A stretch of 45,230 bases of DNA from a virus (lineage: Duplodnaviria; Caudoviricetes). Under the pieces are notes generated by a model. The model was given only the letters and a program-made list of their open reading frames with translations. It ran no database searches and was not told where the DNA came from. Shown here in pieces: positions 26,543-36,707 of the stretch. Positions within the stretch are counted from its first letter, which is position 1. Each line of letters begins with the position of its first letter. Made by a program: the position numbers and the translations under genes. The DNA lies in IMG/VR virus record IMGVR_UViG_3300029818_000080, positions 1 through 45,230 of that record; one strand, given 5' to 3'.

Positions 26543-26884
26543 TTGTCACGCTTCACACAGCATGCGGCGCTCGTTAAGAGCGTCGTTTTAAATCAGTTTG
26601 GCGATCAAATGGAATTGTTCGCCGCCAACAAAATCACACTGTTAAATCGCACACACGGCGTGCTGCTTAACCGTGTGCAAGAAGCTGATCAGTATGAAGA
26701 TGCCCGTTTTACTACCGAACTAAAAGTAGTAAAGCTGGATGTTGCCATGCAGCCATATGTTAAAGCCAACAACTGGCTAAAGCATAAAGGCGTTTGGTAC
26801 AAGTTTGATCAGCCAACCGACGTAAGCACTATTGCCCGTGGCGCCAAAACTGACGCCCACTTTATTTACTGGTACGTAAAATGA
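26543..26884 (+). CDS. Head-tail joining protein (FII position)
   Basis: Size and synteny only. Confidence 0.6.
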   Translation: MSRFTQHAALVKSVVLNQFGDQMELFAANKITLLNRTHGVLLNRVQEADQYEDARFTTELKVVKLDVAMQPYVKANNWLKHKGVWYKFDQPTDVSTIARGAKTDAHFIYWYVK

Positions 26885-27417
26885 GCAACACCCCGGAATC
26901 AGCGTATGAATTTATCCGCAAGCTGGGGCCGCAAGCTTTAGACGCATTGGCGTTAACACTTAACGAAACCGGTAAAAACTTACGCCAGCAGGCCATAGAT
27001 CAAATAGGCCAGCAGCTAAACCTTACCAAAGACTACATAAGCCGGCATGTTACCGTGCGCGAACGCGCCACTCGCGCCCGGCTGCAAGTAACAATATCGG
27101 CTGAAAGCCGCCCGGTGTTGTTAGAACGCTACGACAGCCAGCAGCAGTACCGCCCCGGCAAAACGGTAGACCAGGTAAACGACGGCGTAACCGTACAGGT
27201 AAAAGCAGGCGGTAGCCGAAAGCGCATTAAGCAAGGATTTTTTATCCGGCTAAAAAATGGTGTTAACGGTTTGGCAATGCGCACAGGTGAGGGCCAAAAA
27301 GCCTATAAAGTGCTGCACGGCCCAAGCGTGGCACAGGCGTATTCGTCGGTACGCGACGACATAGAGCCTACCTCTGATGAATTATTCCAACTTTTTATTG
27401 AAAGGTTTGAGCTATGA
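26881..27417 (+). CDS. Tail completion protein (gpZ-like)
   Basis: Basic; GVTVQVK, VLHGPSVAQ. Confidence 0.78.
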   Translation: MSNTPESAYEFIRKLGPQALDALALTLNETGKNLRQQAIDQIGQQLNLTKDYISRHVTVRERATRARLQVTISAESRPVLLERYDSQQQYRPGKTVDQVNDGVTVQVKAGGSRKRIKQGFFIRLKNGVNGLAMRTGEGQKAYKVLHGPSVAQAYSSVRDDIEPTSDELFQLFIERFEL

Positions 27418-27896
27418 CCGTTCAGGCAACCAACGTGCGTAACGAAGCCATACGCCGCCTTAAAACGGTGTTTGAAACGGCAGAAATACCCGGCGCGGTA
27501 AAATCTGGCTGGGCAGCTCAGCACCGCCGAGATAACGCAAACTGGCCGCTGGTGTGTATAGCCCCGGCCATTAGCCAGCCCACGTACCACAGCGCAAATG
27601 TCACACTGGAAGATGCAACCAGCTTTCATATACAACTGATCGACATTGAAGGCGACACCCCAGAAGCTATAGAAGAACTAACAGCCCGGCTTGAGTTGTA
27701 CTTAAAGCTAATGCGCCAGGCTCTGTTCAAGCCTGTAACAGCAACTGGTGAACCAGACCGCTTTGCAAAGTGGGGTAGCCTGCTTACCTCAACGCCAACA
27801 GAAGGCCGCGAAGCGCGGTTTATCGACCCCGAACCCGGCGAGCCTTATGCCGGTATATCGTTTGTGTTAACCACCACATTTAGTGAAAATTTTTAA
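27414..27896 (+). CDS. Tail terminator protein (gpU position)
   Basis: Synteny; WPLVCI motif; 160 aa. Confidence 0.65.
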   Translation: MTVQATNVRNEAIRRLKTVFETAEIPGAVKSGWAAQHRRDNANWPLVCIAPAISQPTYHSANVTLEDATSFHIQLIDIEGDTPEAIEELTARLELYLKLMRQALFKPVTATGEPDRFAKWGSLLTSTPTEGREARFIDPEPGEPYAGISFVLTTTFSENF

Positions 27897-27910
27897 CCGG
27901 AGATACAACC

Positions 27911-28657
27911 ATGCCAGAAAAAATTACGGAAACCTTTAAAGGCTCCGCCATCATTTACTACAAAGGCCGCGATATGGGCAACTGCTCTTCGGCTGAATTA
28001 ACCTATGAAGTAGACACACAGGTAGTACCAAACTACCGCGGCGGTGGGGGTAACTTCGACGCTGACGACAATATTACCGCCGTAAACCTGTCTATCGGCA
28101 TTACCAGTCTTAACATTGCCAACACGGCATTGCTTAACGCCGCATCTGTTACGCCAATTACTGGCACCACAGTCACAGCAGCTCCGCTTACTGTAACTGC
28201 ATACGATCGGCTGTTGAACGTAGAGCATATTATTGACACCGCAGCCACCGTAACTATTACTGATGACACTGAAGACCCGGGTCCGGTGACCATTCCTCGG
28301 GTAGATCCTGACGATGGCACCATTAACTACATTGTAACTGCGGCCGGTATTATTGTGCCGTCTACCAGCATCATTTCTGAAAACGATGTCATTCTGATCA
28401 CCCACTCGGTGCCTCAGGCTTATATCCTTGAAGCGTTGCAAACTTTCGGTGAAGAGGGGGAAATTGTTATCGACGGTCTAAACGACCGCAACGGTAAGCG
28501 CCGCTTAATTCGCTGCTGGCGCTGGAAGCCATCACCAACTGGTGTAAGTGCCATTACAACAGAATTTGCCGACGTGGCAGTTGCTGGCCAGTTGCTGGCC
28601 GACAACACCAAAGGCGAAGGTAAGTCTAAGTTCTGGCAGGCGGTAATGACGGCATAA
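27911..28657 (+). CDS. Major tail tube protein
   Basis: MGNCS, NYRGGGGN, DGLND motifs; before tape measure. Confidence 0.82.
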   Translation: MPEKITETFKGSAIIYYKGRDMGNCSSAELTYEVDTQVVPNYRGGGGNFDADDNITAVNLSIGITSLNIANTALLNAASVTPITGTTVTAAPLTVTAYDRLLNVEHIIDTAATVTITDDTEDPGPVTIPRVDPDDGTINYIVTAAGIIVPSTSIISENDVILITHSVPQAYILEALQTFGEEGEIVIDGLNDRNGKRRLIRCWRWKPSPTGVSAITTEFADVAVAGQLLADNTKGEGKSKFWQAVMTA

Positions 28658-28674
28658 GCCGCAATGCCCGATTA

Positions 28675-28700
28675 AGCCCGGTTAACCACCGGGCTCTTTT
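28675..28700 (+). terminator. Intrinsic terminator after tail tube gene
   Basis: AGCCCGGT-TAACC-ACCGGGCT-CTTTT. Confidence 0.7.
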
Positions 28701-28702
28701 GG

Positions 28703-28745
28703 CTTAACATAATTTAATTTTATGAAAAAGTTAAATTATGTTAAG
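28703..28745. repeat. 15-bp perfect AT-rich inverted repeat
   Basis: CTTAACATAATTTAA-N13-TTAAATTATGTTAAG. Confidence 0.85.
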
Positions 28746-28772
28746 GGCAATATGTAAAAACACCCAAACCAC

Positions 28773-28797
28773 AAAACCCGCTTCGGCGGGTTTTTTT
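28773..28797 (+). terminator. Intrinsic terminator with UUCG loop
   Basis: AAAACCCGC-TTCG-GCGGG-T7. Confidence 0.85.
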
Positions 28798-28818
28798 ATG
28801 CCTGCAATAAGGTGACTA

Positions 28819-31800
28819 ATGTCAATCAAGCAAAAATTCATTGATCTGGTGCTGCGTGGCCGCGACCTGTTTTCGAAAGATGCCGGTACAGTAAATGAAT
28901 CATTAAAGGCTTTGCAGGCTGAAAGTAAAGCAGCATCTGAAGAATTTAAAGCCCTTGAAAAATCACAAGCAGCCATTGCTCAGGCTCGCGGTTTAGAGCT
29001 CTATGCAGATCAAGCCGAAAAGGCACTCGCCGCCGCCCGCAATGAAGTAACCCGGCTGGCTAAAGAAATTGATGCTAATCGCAAATCAACTAAAGAATTA
29101 TCTGAAAACTTCTCAGAAGCTAAAAAGACTGCAAACCAGGCTGAAAAAGCACTGGCTGCAGCAAGTAAAGAAGTTAAAAAACTATCCGGCGAAATGGATT
29201 CCAGTGGCAAGTCCACTAAACAACAATCTGCCAATCTTGAAGCGGCTAAAAATAGCGCGAATAAAGCTGAATTAGCATTACAGGCCGCCCGGGAGGAAGT
29301 TACCCGGCTGGCGCGTGAAATTGATGCCAGCGACAAGCCCACCAAAGAACAAGCTGAAGCGTTAAAACTCGCTGGTCGCAGCGCAAACCAACTTCAGGCT
29401 GAATACAACAAGCTTAGTGGGCAGCTAAGTCGTGCAAAGGGTGATCTGCAGCAGGCGGGTGTAAATACCGACAAATTGGCAGACGAACAAACCCGACTGC
29501 AAAAAGAGATTAAGGAATCAGCTGCCGGCTTATCTGAAAAGCGTGCAAAGCTGCGTGAACTGAGCAGTGAACTTAAAAATTCAGAAACCAGAACAAACGC
29601 GTTCGCAGGTAAGTTATCAGGCTTAACGTCCAGACTGTTGGCTTTTGGTGCGGCCTATATTGGGCTTAATCAGGTACGCTCAGCGCTAACCGGTATATTC
29701 ACTGCTGGTGATAAGTTTGAAAAGCTGGACATACAACTTGCCGGTGTAATGGGCAGCATCGAGGCCGGTGAGCAGGCCAGCGCCTGGATTAAAGACTTTG
29801 CCAAAAACACGCCTCTGCAGCTGGATCAGGTTACTGAAACTTTTGTCCGGTTAAAAAACTTTGGCCTTGATCCAATGGGCGGCATTATGCAGTCCATTAT
29901 TGATCAATCTGAAAAGCTGGGCGGCGGCTATGAGCGTGTACAGGGTATATCGCTAGCACTGGGGCAAGCCTGGGCAAAGCAGAAACTGCAGGGCGAGGAA
30001 ATACTGCAGTTAATTGAACGCGGCGTACCAGTTTGGCAATTACTGGAAAACGTTACCGGTAAAAACACTGCAGAATTACAAAAATTAAGCTCCGCGGGCA
30101 AGCTTGGCCGCGATGTAATGAAAAAGCTGATCGACGAAATAGGCAGATCAGCAGAAGGCCAGGCGCAAAAGGGTATGAGCACCCTCACTGGCTTAATATC
30201 CAATGCTAAAGATAACCTTGACCAGTTTTATAACCTGATCGCCAATAGCGGCGCGATGGATTTTCTAAAAGCACAACTGCGCGCTGTAAATGAAAGTTTT
30301 GCCGAAATGTCGAAAAACGGCGAGTTGCAAAAGCTGGCAAAATCAATATCAGACAACATTGTTTCTGCGGCCCAGTCTGTTAAATCCTTTATTGTCACCC
30401 TGTACGAATGGCGCACTGCAATAGGCACTGTAGCCGCTGTATGGGCAACACTAAAAGTCGGCAGTTTTTTTAAAGATCTGGTTGTCGGCTCAGCTCAAGC
30501 TGTTGTATCACTTTATTCATTAATAACCACAAAAAAAATAGCGGCATCAGCTAATGCTGTTTATGCGGCATCATTGGGTCCGGTTATTGCCCGGCTTGCG
30601 GCTGCCCGGGCTGCTACAGCGGCATGGATGGCCAGCCTAACCGGCACCGCCGCCCTGTTAAGTAAGGCGGGTATATTTGGCGGTATAGCATACGGCGTTT
30701 ATGAAATTGGCAGGCTTGCAACAGCATGGTGGGATTTACGCACAGCGCAAAAGGCATTAGCAGAAAGCCAGGCTGAAGCATCTATAACCAACTCGGCAAC
30801 GTTATCAGAGCTGGAAAAAATAAACCTTCAACTGGGTACAAATTACAAAACAACTCAGGAACTTTTTGCCGCACAAGACGCCGGGCAAATCTCGCTTAAC
30901 AATTTAACCGGTGCTTGGCAGTTAAATACCGCTGAAGTTGATAAAAATAAAGGGTCATTGGCAGATTATCAAAAAGTATGGAGCACAACTGCTGATGGCA
31001 TAAAAGCGGCCTATGAAACACTCGGTATAACTTCCACGGCTGCACTGAAAGATACGGCAAAAGCGGCTGAAGATGCGTTTAAAATAATTCAGCAAGGAAA
31101 TGAGCCTATAGAGCAGCAGCGCCTGGCATTTATGAAGTGGGCCGAGGCTGCCCTGGCTGCAGCAAGAGCAACCGGTGCGGCGGTACCTGAGCAGCTTAGA
31201 GCCAGATCTGCAACGCTTGGGTTAAGCGCTGCACTTGATGATTTGATAAAAAAACAAGGTGTTTCTGCTGAGACTGCTATAGAGCAAAGCAGGGGTAGCG
31301 CTGTCTACAGGGCAGAAATTGAAAAAACACTGCAGTCAATACGTCGTTACAACGAAATACTAAAAGGCGCGACTTTCAGCGAAAGAGAAAAAGCCGCGGC
31401 CGCTAAAGGTTTGGCTGAAGCACAAAGCCTACTGACGTTGCAGCAAGAAGACCAGATCAGAGTAAACGAGCTGAGCAATAAGAGCTATTTTGAGATAACT
31501 CTAGCACTTGAAGAAGCGCAGCGTAAATCTGATGAGTTAACCCGATCATACAGATCTGGCACTATAACAGCAGATCAATATTCTGCAGCAACAGCCCGGC
31601 TTATAGCGTTAATAAAAGCCCTTCGCGAGCTACAAGGTCAGGCGGGCGATAGCTCAGCCGACATGAGCAATAAGCAGGCAGATGCCGGTAAAAAAACAGA
31701 TAAAACAACTGAATCTGTAAAAAAACAGGCATCAGAATTAAAAAGCCTTACTGAAAACACTGAAAAAACTACTACAGCAACCAGCCTGTTAGCCAGCGCC

Positions 31801-32598
31801 CAGTTGTACATGCGTAAAGAGTTTGATTTCAGCTCAACAAGTACAGAGGAACTAGGCAAGCGCCATCGTGAATTAACAGATTTTATCCGGCAAAACCAGC
31901 GCGTGCAAAACGAATGGTGGCGCGAACTTGCGCTAGCCAGTAACCAAGGCTTTACCCGCGAACAGCAGATCATCAGCGAAACATTAAAAATCCGTGAGTA
32001 CACGCAAACTCTGGCAAGCAGCAGTGTAACTATGGAACAGGTCCGGCGCATACAGTCGACGCTCAATTATGGCTTTGCACAACTGGGTGATAACGATTTA
32101 GAGCCACTACGCAATGCCATTGCAGATGCTGAACGCCGCATACTTAGCCTGCGGGACAACCTGCAAGGCACAGTAAGCAGCCTGCAGGATGAATTGGACG
32201 CGCTACGCGACAACCAGGACGCAATAGAAAAACGCCGCTATGAGCAACAAATAGCAGAGCTGCAGGCGCAGCTGAATCAGGCTCAGTCTTCAGGTGATCA
32301 GCAATCAGTTAAGGCCGCACAAGAGGCACTGCGCCTGGCTAAAGAAATTTACGCTATTAAAACCGCACAAATTAAACAAGACAAAGAAGCCGCAAAAAAC
32401 ACCGGCAGCAGCAACAACAATACTGCAAGCCCAGCGCCAACCACCAATACAACACCAAACCGCTCCAGCAGCGCAGCCGATACGGTTCGGGTAGAGATTG
32501 CCCTGCCATCGGGCCGGGTGGTAACAACACAGGCCAGCAGATCAGATGCCGCCAGTTTAATGGCTGAGTTAGAGCAAATCCGGAGTACATCTTTATGA
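28819..32598 (+). CDS. Tape measure protein
   Basis: 1259 aa, Ala-rich helical; FAKNTPLQL..., ALGQAWAKQKLQGEEILQLIERGVPVW tape-measure domain. Confidence 0.95.
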   Translation: MSIKQKFIDLVLRGRDLFSKDAGTVNESLKALQAESKAASEEFKALEKSQAAIAQARGLELYADQAEKALAAARNEVTRLAKEIDANRKSTKELSENFSEAKKTANQAEKALAAASKEVKKLSGEMDSSGKSTKQQSANLEAAKNSANKAELALQAAREEVTRLAREIDASDKPTKEQAEALKLAGRSANQLQAEYNKLSGQLSRAKGDLQQAGVNTDKLADEQTRLQKEIKESAAGLSEKRAKLRELSSELKNSETRTNAFAGKLSGLTSRLLAFGAAYIGLNQVRSALTGIFTAGDKFEKLDIQLAGVMGSIEAGEQASAWIKDFAKNTPLQLDQVTETFVRLKNFGLDPMGGIMQSIIDQSEKLGGGYERVQGISLALGQAWAKQKLQGEEILQLIERGVPVWQLLENVTGKNTAELQKLSSAGKLGRDVMKKLIDEIGRSAEGQAQKGMSTLTGLISNAKDNLDQFYNLIANSGAMDFLKAQLRAVNESFAEMSKNGELQKLAKSISDNIVSAAQSVKSFIVTLYEWRTAIGTVAAVWATLKVGSFFKDLVVGSAQAVVSLYSLITTKKIAASANAVYAASLGPVIARLAAARAATAAWMASLTGTAALLSKAGIFGGIAYGVYEIGRLATAWWDLRTAQKALAESQAEASITNSATLSELEKINLQLGTNYKTTQELFAAQDAGQISLNNLTGAWQLNTAEVDKNKGSLADYQKVWSTTADGIKAAYETLGITSTAALKDTAKAAEDAFKIIQQGNEPIEQQRLAFMKWAEAALAAARATGAAVPEQLRARSATLGLSAALDDLIKKQGVSAETAIEQSRGSAVYRAEIEKTLQSIRRYNEILKGATFSEREKAAAAKGLAEAQSLLTLQQEDQIRVNELSNKSYFEITLALEEAQRKSDELTRSYRSGTITADQYSAATARLIALIKALRELQGQAGDSSADMSNKQADAGKKTDKTTESVKKQASELKSLTENTEKTTTATSLLASAQLYMRKEFDFSSTSTEELGKRHRELTDFIRQNQRVQNEWWRELALASNQGFTREQQIISETLKIREYTQTLASSSVTMEQVRRIQSTLNYGFAQLGDNDLEPLRNAIADAERRILSLRDNLQGTVSSLQDELDALRDNQDAIEKRRYEQQIAELQAQLNQAQSSGDQQSVKAAQEALRLAKEIYAIKTAQIKQDKEAAKNTGSSNNNTASPAPTTNTTPNRSSSAADTVRVEIALPSGRVVTTQASRSDAASLMAELEQIRSTSL

Positions 32599-32978
32599 TT
32601 ATCGACAGCGGCCTTAATCAAATTACGCTGCCTGATGATTTCGAACGAACCGACGCTTACTACACAGGCTTTGTTATTACCAAACAATATGCCGGCAGCG
32701 GGGCGTTGTTAGTTGAACTGGCGCAGCAGCAGGCTGGCGAACCCATAACGCTAAACAGTGGCGCATTCTGGATTAAAAAAGCACAGGTGGATGCATTGCT
32801 TACGCATGCAAAATTGGGGCTTCCCAGCTTTGATATCACACTGCCAGACGGCACAGAACACACCGTAATGTGGGACTACACAGCAGAGCCCGTTACAGCC
32901 CAACCCCTGCGCCGCGAAACCTACCCAACTGCCAACAGCAACATGGTTAACGTGCAGCTTAAATTTATCAAACTCTAA
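32595..32978 (+). CDS. Distal tail protein-like
   Basis: SGALLVE...GEPITL; directly after tape measure. Confidence 0.65.
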   Translation: MIIDSGLNQITLPDDFERTDAYYTGFVITKQYAGSGALLVELAQQQAGEPITLNSGAFWIKKAQVDALLTHAKLGLPSFDITLPDGTEHTVMWDYTAEPVTAQPLRRETYPTANSNMVNVQLKFIKL

Positions 32979-32991
32979 GGGCCATTTATCA

Positions 32992-35409
32992 ATGTTACGC
33001 ACAGACCTGAAAATTTTTAAATCCGAGCGCATGACACAGCAGCCCGATGCTGGCGGCCAGCGCACGAGTAACGAAGTTTTGAACGGCCAGCTAAACGCAG
33101 TATTTGGCAATATATCTGATATTGATCATGCCCAGTCTGCAGTGGATATCGTAAAAATTTACCCGGCTGTCAGCACTGCCAACACCGCCCTGCTGCAAGA
33201 CGGCCATATTCTGATTAACGAGCCGCCGCTGGATTCGCTTGTCGACGTGATGATTATTCAGTCAGACGCAATCAACGATGGCAGTACCCGGAAAGACATT
33301 ATTAACGCCATCGAATCCAGCGTAGTGCCATCGTTGCTGCTGCGCAGCGGTTTATCAGCAATGGTTGCCGGGCAAGACCAACTTAGCACTCTGGATTTAA
33401 CCGCAAATGCTGGCGTTGGCGAGCAACCCAGCGTAACGCTGACACCTAACCGCGTATATGTGATTAGCGTGGAATACACCGGCGCCGAAAGCGCAACATA
33501 CCCCAGGTTTACCCACTTTATTAAAGTCACAGAAGTAGGTACCGGCTTTTACCGCTTTGAGCCGCCGCTACCGTTTAACACGCCCCCGGCCAGCTTAACC
33601 ATTAACGCCCAAACCCGCTGCACTAAGTTGCGTGATATCACAAACGGTGCTGGCGTGGTTTATCACGGCGTAACACAGCTAACAGCAGATGCAGCCGGTA
33701 CTACATTGCAGGTAGAAAACACAATAGGTCGTGTTACACCACGTATAACTGAAGCGCGGGAAACAAGCGGCAATAAACCGTACTCAGCTAATGCTGGTTT
33801 AATAGCCAAATTGGTAGAAGTGCCAGCCGTGGGCGTAACATACAGCATACCAGTACCAGATTTTATTCAGCTGCCCGGTACAGTAACGTTTGAAGTGCTG
33901 TATATATCTGGCGGCGTAAGCTACCGGCAAACGCTGAGTAATGCAGCTGTCAATGCTGGCAATGTAGAGTTTACATTGCTGCGCACGCCCGACGGCTCAA
34001 CATCGGTACAGGTTAAGTACTACAGCGCTGAACGCTATGCGCTTTATGCGTACCCTGACAGCATCCCAGGCGGTTTTACTCTGCTCTTATCAACGATAGC
34101 AGGTAGCGTGTTGCGGGCCGCAGACAGTCAGCGTTACTCGCTGCTGCACGACGATACAGACCCAACCCGCTTTAGTGTATGGGTTAACAATGCAGTTACC
34201 AATGTTGTGCAGCTGGCAGTTATTATTAACCCCACCGACGGCACACCAACTTATTACAACGGCTACAGCGCTCTGCAATACGATGCAGTACTGGTAGATA
34301 ACGCCGCATCTGGAGAATCAGCCACCAGTGCTGAATTTGTAATGCCATTTTCCGAAGTTGTACTGGCCACATTTTATATGTCAGTTGAGCTGGTAGCCGG
34401 TGGTTTGCTGTCGGCCAGTAGTGATGCCAGCGGCGTTATAGTAGGCGTAAGTGTTACCGGCGCAATCAGCGGTAACGTCGTTAACCTGGCATTTGCCCAG
34501 TCAGTAAAGTTAAGCACCTTGCAGTACTCAGTAAATGAAGTGCTTGACCTGGTGCCACCCACTAACTTGTATGGCATAAACCCACTGCGCTTGCCCAATG
34601 GCGGCGCAGTGCAGCTATACCGCCCATTCGGCGTTATCTGTATATCTGACACCATCTATCAGGATGCAGCCAGCCTGCCTGCAGCGCAGGTAATTAACGT
34701 CCGGCCAAACAGCTTTGTTGATATCGTCGATAGCACCGGCGCCAGCTTATGGCACCCGCTTAACACTTACTACGAGTACGACAAAACCACCGGCGAAGTA
34801 ACCATTATCGACACCAGCGACTTTACCGCCCCGTTTGAAATCGTCGAAACACTCAGCGAACTGGCGTTAGTCACTGCCGTTACCGAAAACACGCTAAAAA
34901 TAGCCAGGGCGCTGCAGAGTGACTTCCCAGCCGGGTCCATAGTTAGCAGCGTGTATCAATTGGGCGATTTGCAAGCGCGGGTAACTAATATTTTTGACCA
35001 GGTAACGTGGAACAGTGTTTGGTCAGACGTAATCGTTGGCGACCCGGCCCCGGCTAACTACAACAGCGTGAATTATCCAATTGAAGTAGTTAACCAATCA
35101 GCAATTAATGAGCGCTGGGCCATTGTGTTTACCAGTGACAGCGCCTATCGCTGCGTCGGTCAAAATGTCGGCCAGGTGGGTACCGGCGATACGTTAAATG
35201 ATTTTGCACCAATCAACCCAGCAACGGGCCAGCCGTTTTTTATCATCCGCGGCAGCGGCTGGGGTGGTGGCTGGCTGCCTGGCAACGTGGTGCGCTTTAA
35301 CACCGTTGCAGCATCAAAACCGGCCGTGCTGCTGCGCTCAGTGTCCGCTGGTCATAGCGCAATAGACCAAGACAGCATCCGCTTGCACTTCCGTGGCAAT
35401 GCGCAGTGA
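32992..35409 (+). CDS. Minor tail/baseplate protein
   Basis: DLKIFKSERM..DAGG, NAVFGNIS, GINPLRLP.GG.V, DFAPINPATGQPFF, GNVVRFNT. Confidence 0.8.
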   Translation: MLRTDLKIFKSERMTQQPDAGGQRTSNEVLNGQLNAVFGNISDIDHAQSAVDIVKIYPAVSTANTALLQDGHILINEPPLDSLVDVMIIQSDAINDGSTRKDIINAIESSVVPSLLLRSGLSAMVAGQDQLSTLDLTANAGVGEQPSVTLTPNRVYVISVEYTGAESATYPRFTHFIKVTEVGTGFYRFEPPLPFNTPPASLTINAQTRCTKLRDITNGAGVVYHGVTQLTADAAGTTLQVENTIGRVTPRITEARETSGNKPYSANAGLIAKLVEVPAVGVTYSIPVPDFIQLPGTVTFEVLYISGGVSYRQTLSNAAVNAGNVEFTLLRTPDGSTSVQVKYYSAERYALYAYPDSIPGGFTLLLSTIAGSVLRAADSQRYSLLHDDTDPTRFSVWVNNAVTNVVQLAVIINPTDGTPTYYNGYSALQYDAVLVDNAASGESATSAEFVMPFSEVVLATFYMSVELVAGGLLSASSDASGVIVGVSVTGAISGNVVNLAFAQSVKLSTLQYSVNEVLDLVPPTNLYGINPLRLPNGGAVQLYRPFGVICISDTIYQDAASLPAAQVINVRPNSFVDIVDSTGASLWHPLNTYYEYDKTTGEVTIIDTSDFTAPFEIVETLSELALVTAVTENTLKIARALQSDFPAGSIVSSVYQLGDLQARVTNIFDQVTWNSVWSDVIVGDPAPANYNSVNYPIEVVNQSAINERWAIVFTSDSAYRCVGQNVGQVGTGDTLNDFAPINPATGQPFFIIRGSGWGGGWLPGNVVRFNTVAASKPAVLLRSVSAGHSAIDQDSIRLHFRGNAQ

Positions 35410-35425
35410 TTATTAGGAGCAAAAG

Positions 35426-36418
35426 ATGGCACAGGCAGTAACAGTTTATCGTTGGGATGATCCAGGCGCGCCGCAGTTGGTGGACGGTAAAATATCAACC
35501 TTTTTCGACGTTATACAAAAGTGTTTAGTAGATGGTTATGGTTCTAAAGCTCCCTTAGGGTGGACCAGGTCATATTATGACCCTACTAATTTCAAGGCGG
35601 CCTGGCGCAACAATGTTGCGTCCGGGGGCAGTGGTGGTAGCGTTTACTTCTTCAGTAATACTAACAATGACGCAAACAATACCTTGACGCGCATTACCAG
35701 TTGCAAAAGTATAACAGCGGGGGGGAGCATAACCGGCCAGGGTAGATTAACTGCTATTCAAATTTCAACCGCCGTGGTTCGCTGGGTGCTCATTGGTACA
35801 CCGATTGGTTTCTATTTTTACTCGTTTTCAGCTACAGGCCTCTTAGCGCTAGTAAATACTACTGTTACAGGCAGGCCGTCATTTTACGCCGGCGACATCT
35901 TTTCAATCGTCCCTAATGACGCCGGTAGGTTTATAGTTGTCCAGGATTTGGCAACTACCGGAGACACTACGTCGGTTGGTAGCAATGCTGTGCTGGGGCA
36001 TTTAAGTGCCTTATCGTCCTCAGCTTTAGGGCTAATTAGGGTTTATGATGCTGACGGCGCTGATGCCTCCTACAACTATGGTTACAATCTGCCGCCGTAT
36101 GCAGCGGCCGCTAACGGCGATGCATCTGTTGACGCATTAATTTACCCTAAGCTGCTGTTCCCACTTGTACTGATCCCTAATACAAACCCTAACGCTTCAA
36201 GCAACGTTGATCGCAATGGTGTGCCGATGAAAATAAGCCCTACTCGACCATCATACCGAGGCATACTGCCTGGGTTGCTCGGTATGTCATTTTCGACAGG
36301 TTACAACCAGGCTCTACCCGTAATTTTAGAGGATGGTTATCACTTGTTACCTGCATCGGGTGGTAGTGGGTCGCTGGCAATAATACAAACAGGTGAGTGG
36401 AATGATCCATTTATTTAG
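35426..36418 (+). CDS. Tail fibre / receptor-binding-like protein
   Basis: VYRWDDPGAPQL..CLVDGYGSKAPLGWT N-terminus; RGILPGL near C-terminus. Confidence 0.7.
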   Translation: MAQAVTVYRWDDPGAPQLVDGKISTFFDVIQKCLVDGYGSKAPLGWTRSYYDPTNFKAAWRNNVASGGSGGSVYFFSNTNNDANNTLTRITSCKSITAGGSITGQGRLTAIQISTAVVRWVLIGTPIGFYFYSFSATGLLALVNTTVTGRPSFYAGDIFSIVPNDAGRFIVVQDLATTGDTTSVGSNAVLGHLSALSSSALGLIRVYDADGADASYNYGYNLPPYAAAANGDASVDALIYPKLLFPLVLIPNTNPNASSNVDRNGVPMKISPTRPSYRGILPGLLGMSFSTGYNQALPVILEDGYHLLPASGGSGSLAIIQTGEWNDPFI

Positions 36419-36707
36419 TGTTGGTCCGGCAATAGACCAGCCGGTAAATATGGGTTTAATTGAAGTGGATATAGACCCGCTGGCAGAGCGTTATATTGTT
36501 ATGGATCGAGCCAACCTTTCCGTGCTGTGGCATGGCGTACCGCCAGAAGGCAATGCGAAAATACGAGTACCACTTAATTATACGTTTGACTACAACTTGA
36601 TGGTGTTGGTAATTGACGATGCGGGCAGCCCAGCTTACTACGTTACTGGTAATGACAAGATGCAGGCTGCGCTTGTGGATGCTCGCACTGTAACGTTGAA
36701 CCCATGA
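36402..36707 (+). CDS. Small tail-associated protein
   Basis: Overlaps both neighbours; beta-rich. Confidence 0.65.
   Translation: MIHLFSVGPAIDQPVNMGLIEVDIDPLAERYIVMDRANLSVLWHGVPPEGNAKIRVPLNYTFDYNLMVLVIDDAGSPAYYVTGNDKMQAALVDARTVTLNP

Noticed and set aside
28719-28746. Complete dif site
   Set aside because: A XerD-like arm is present, but the XerC position (TTTATGAAAAA) fits poorly; kept only as a palindrome.
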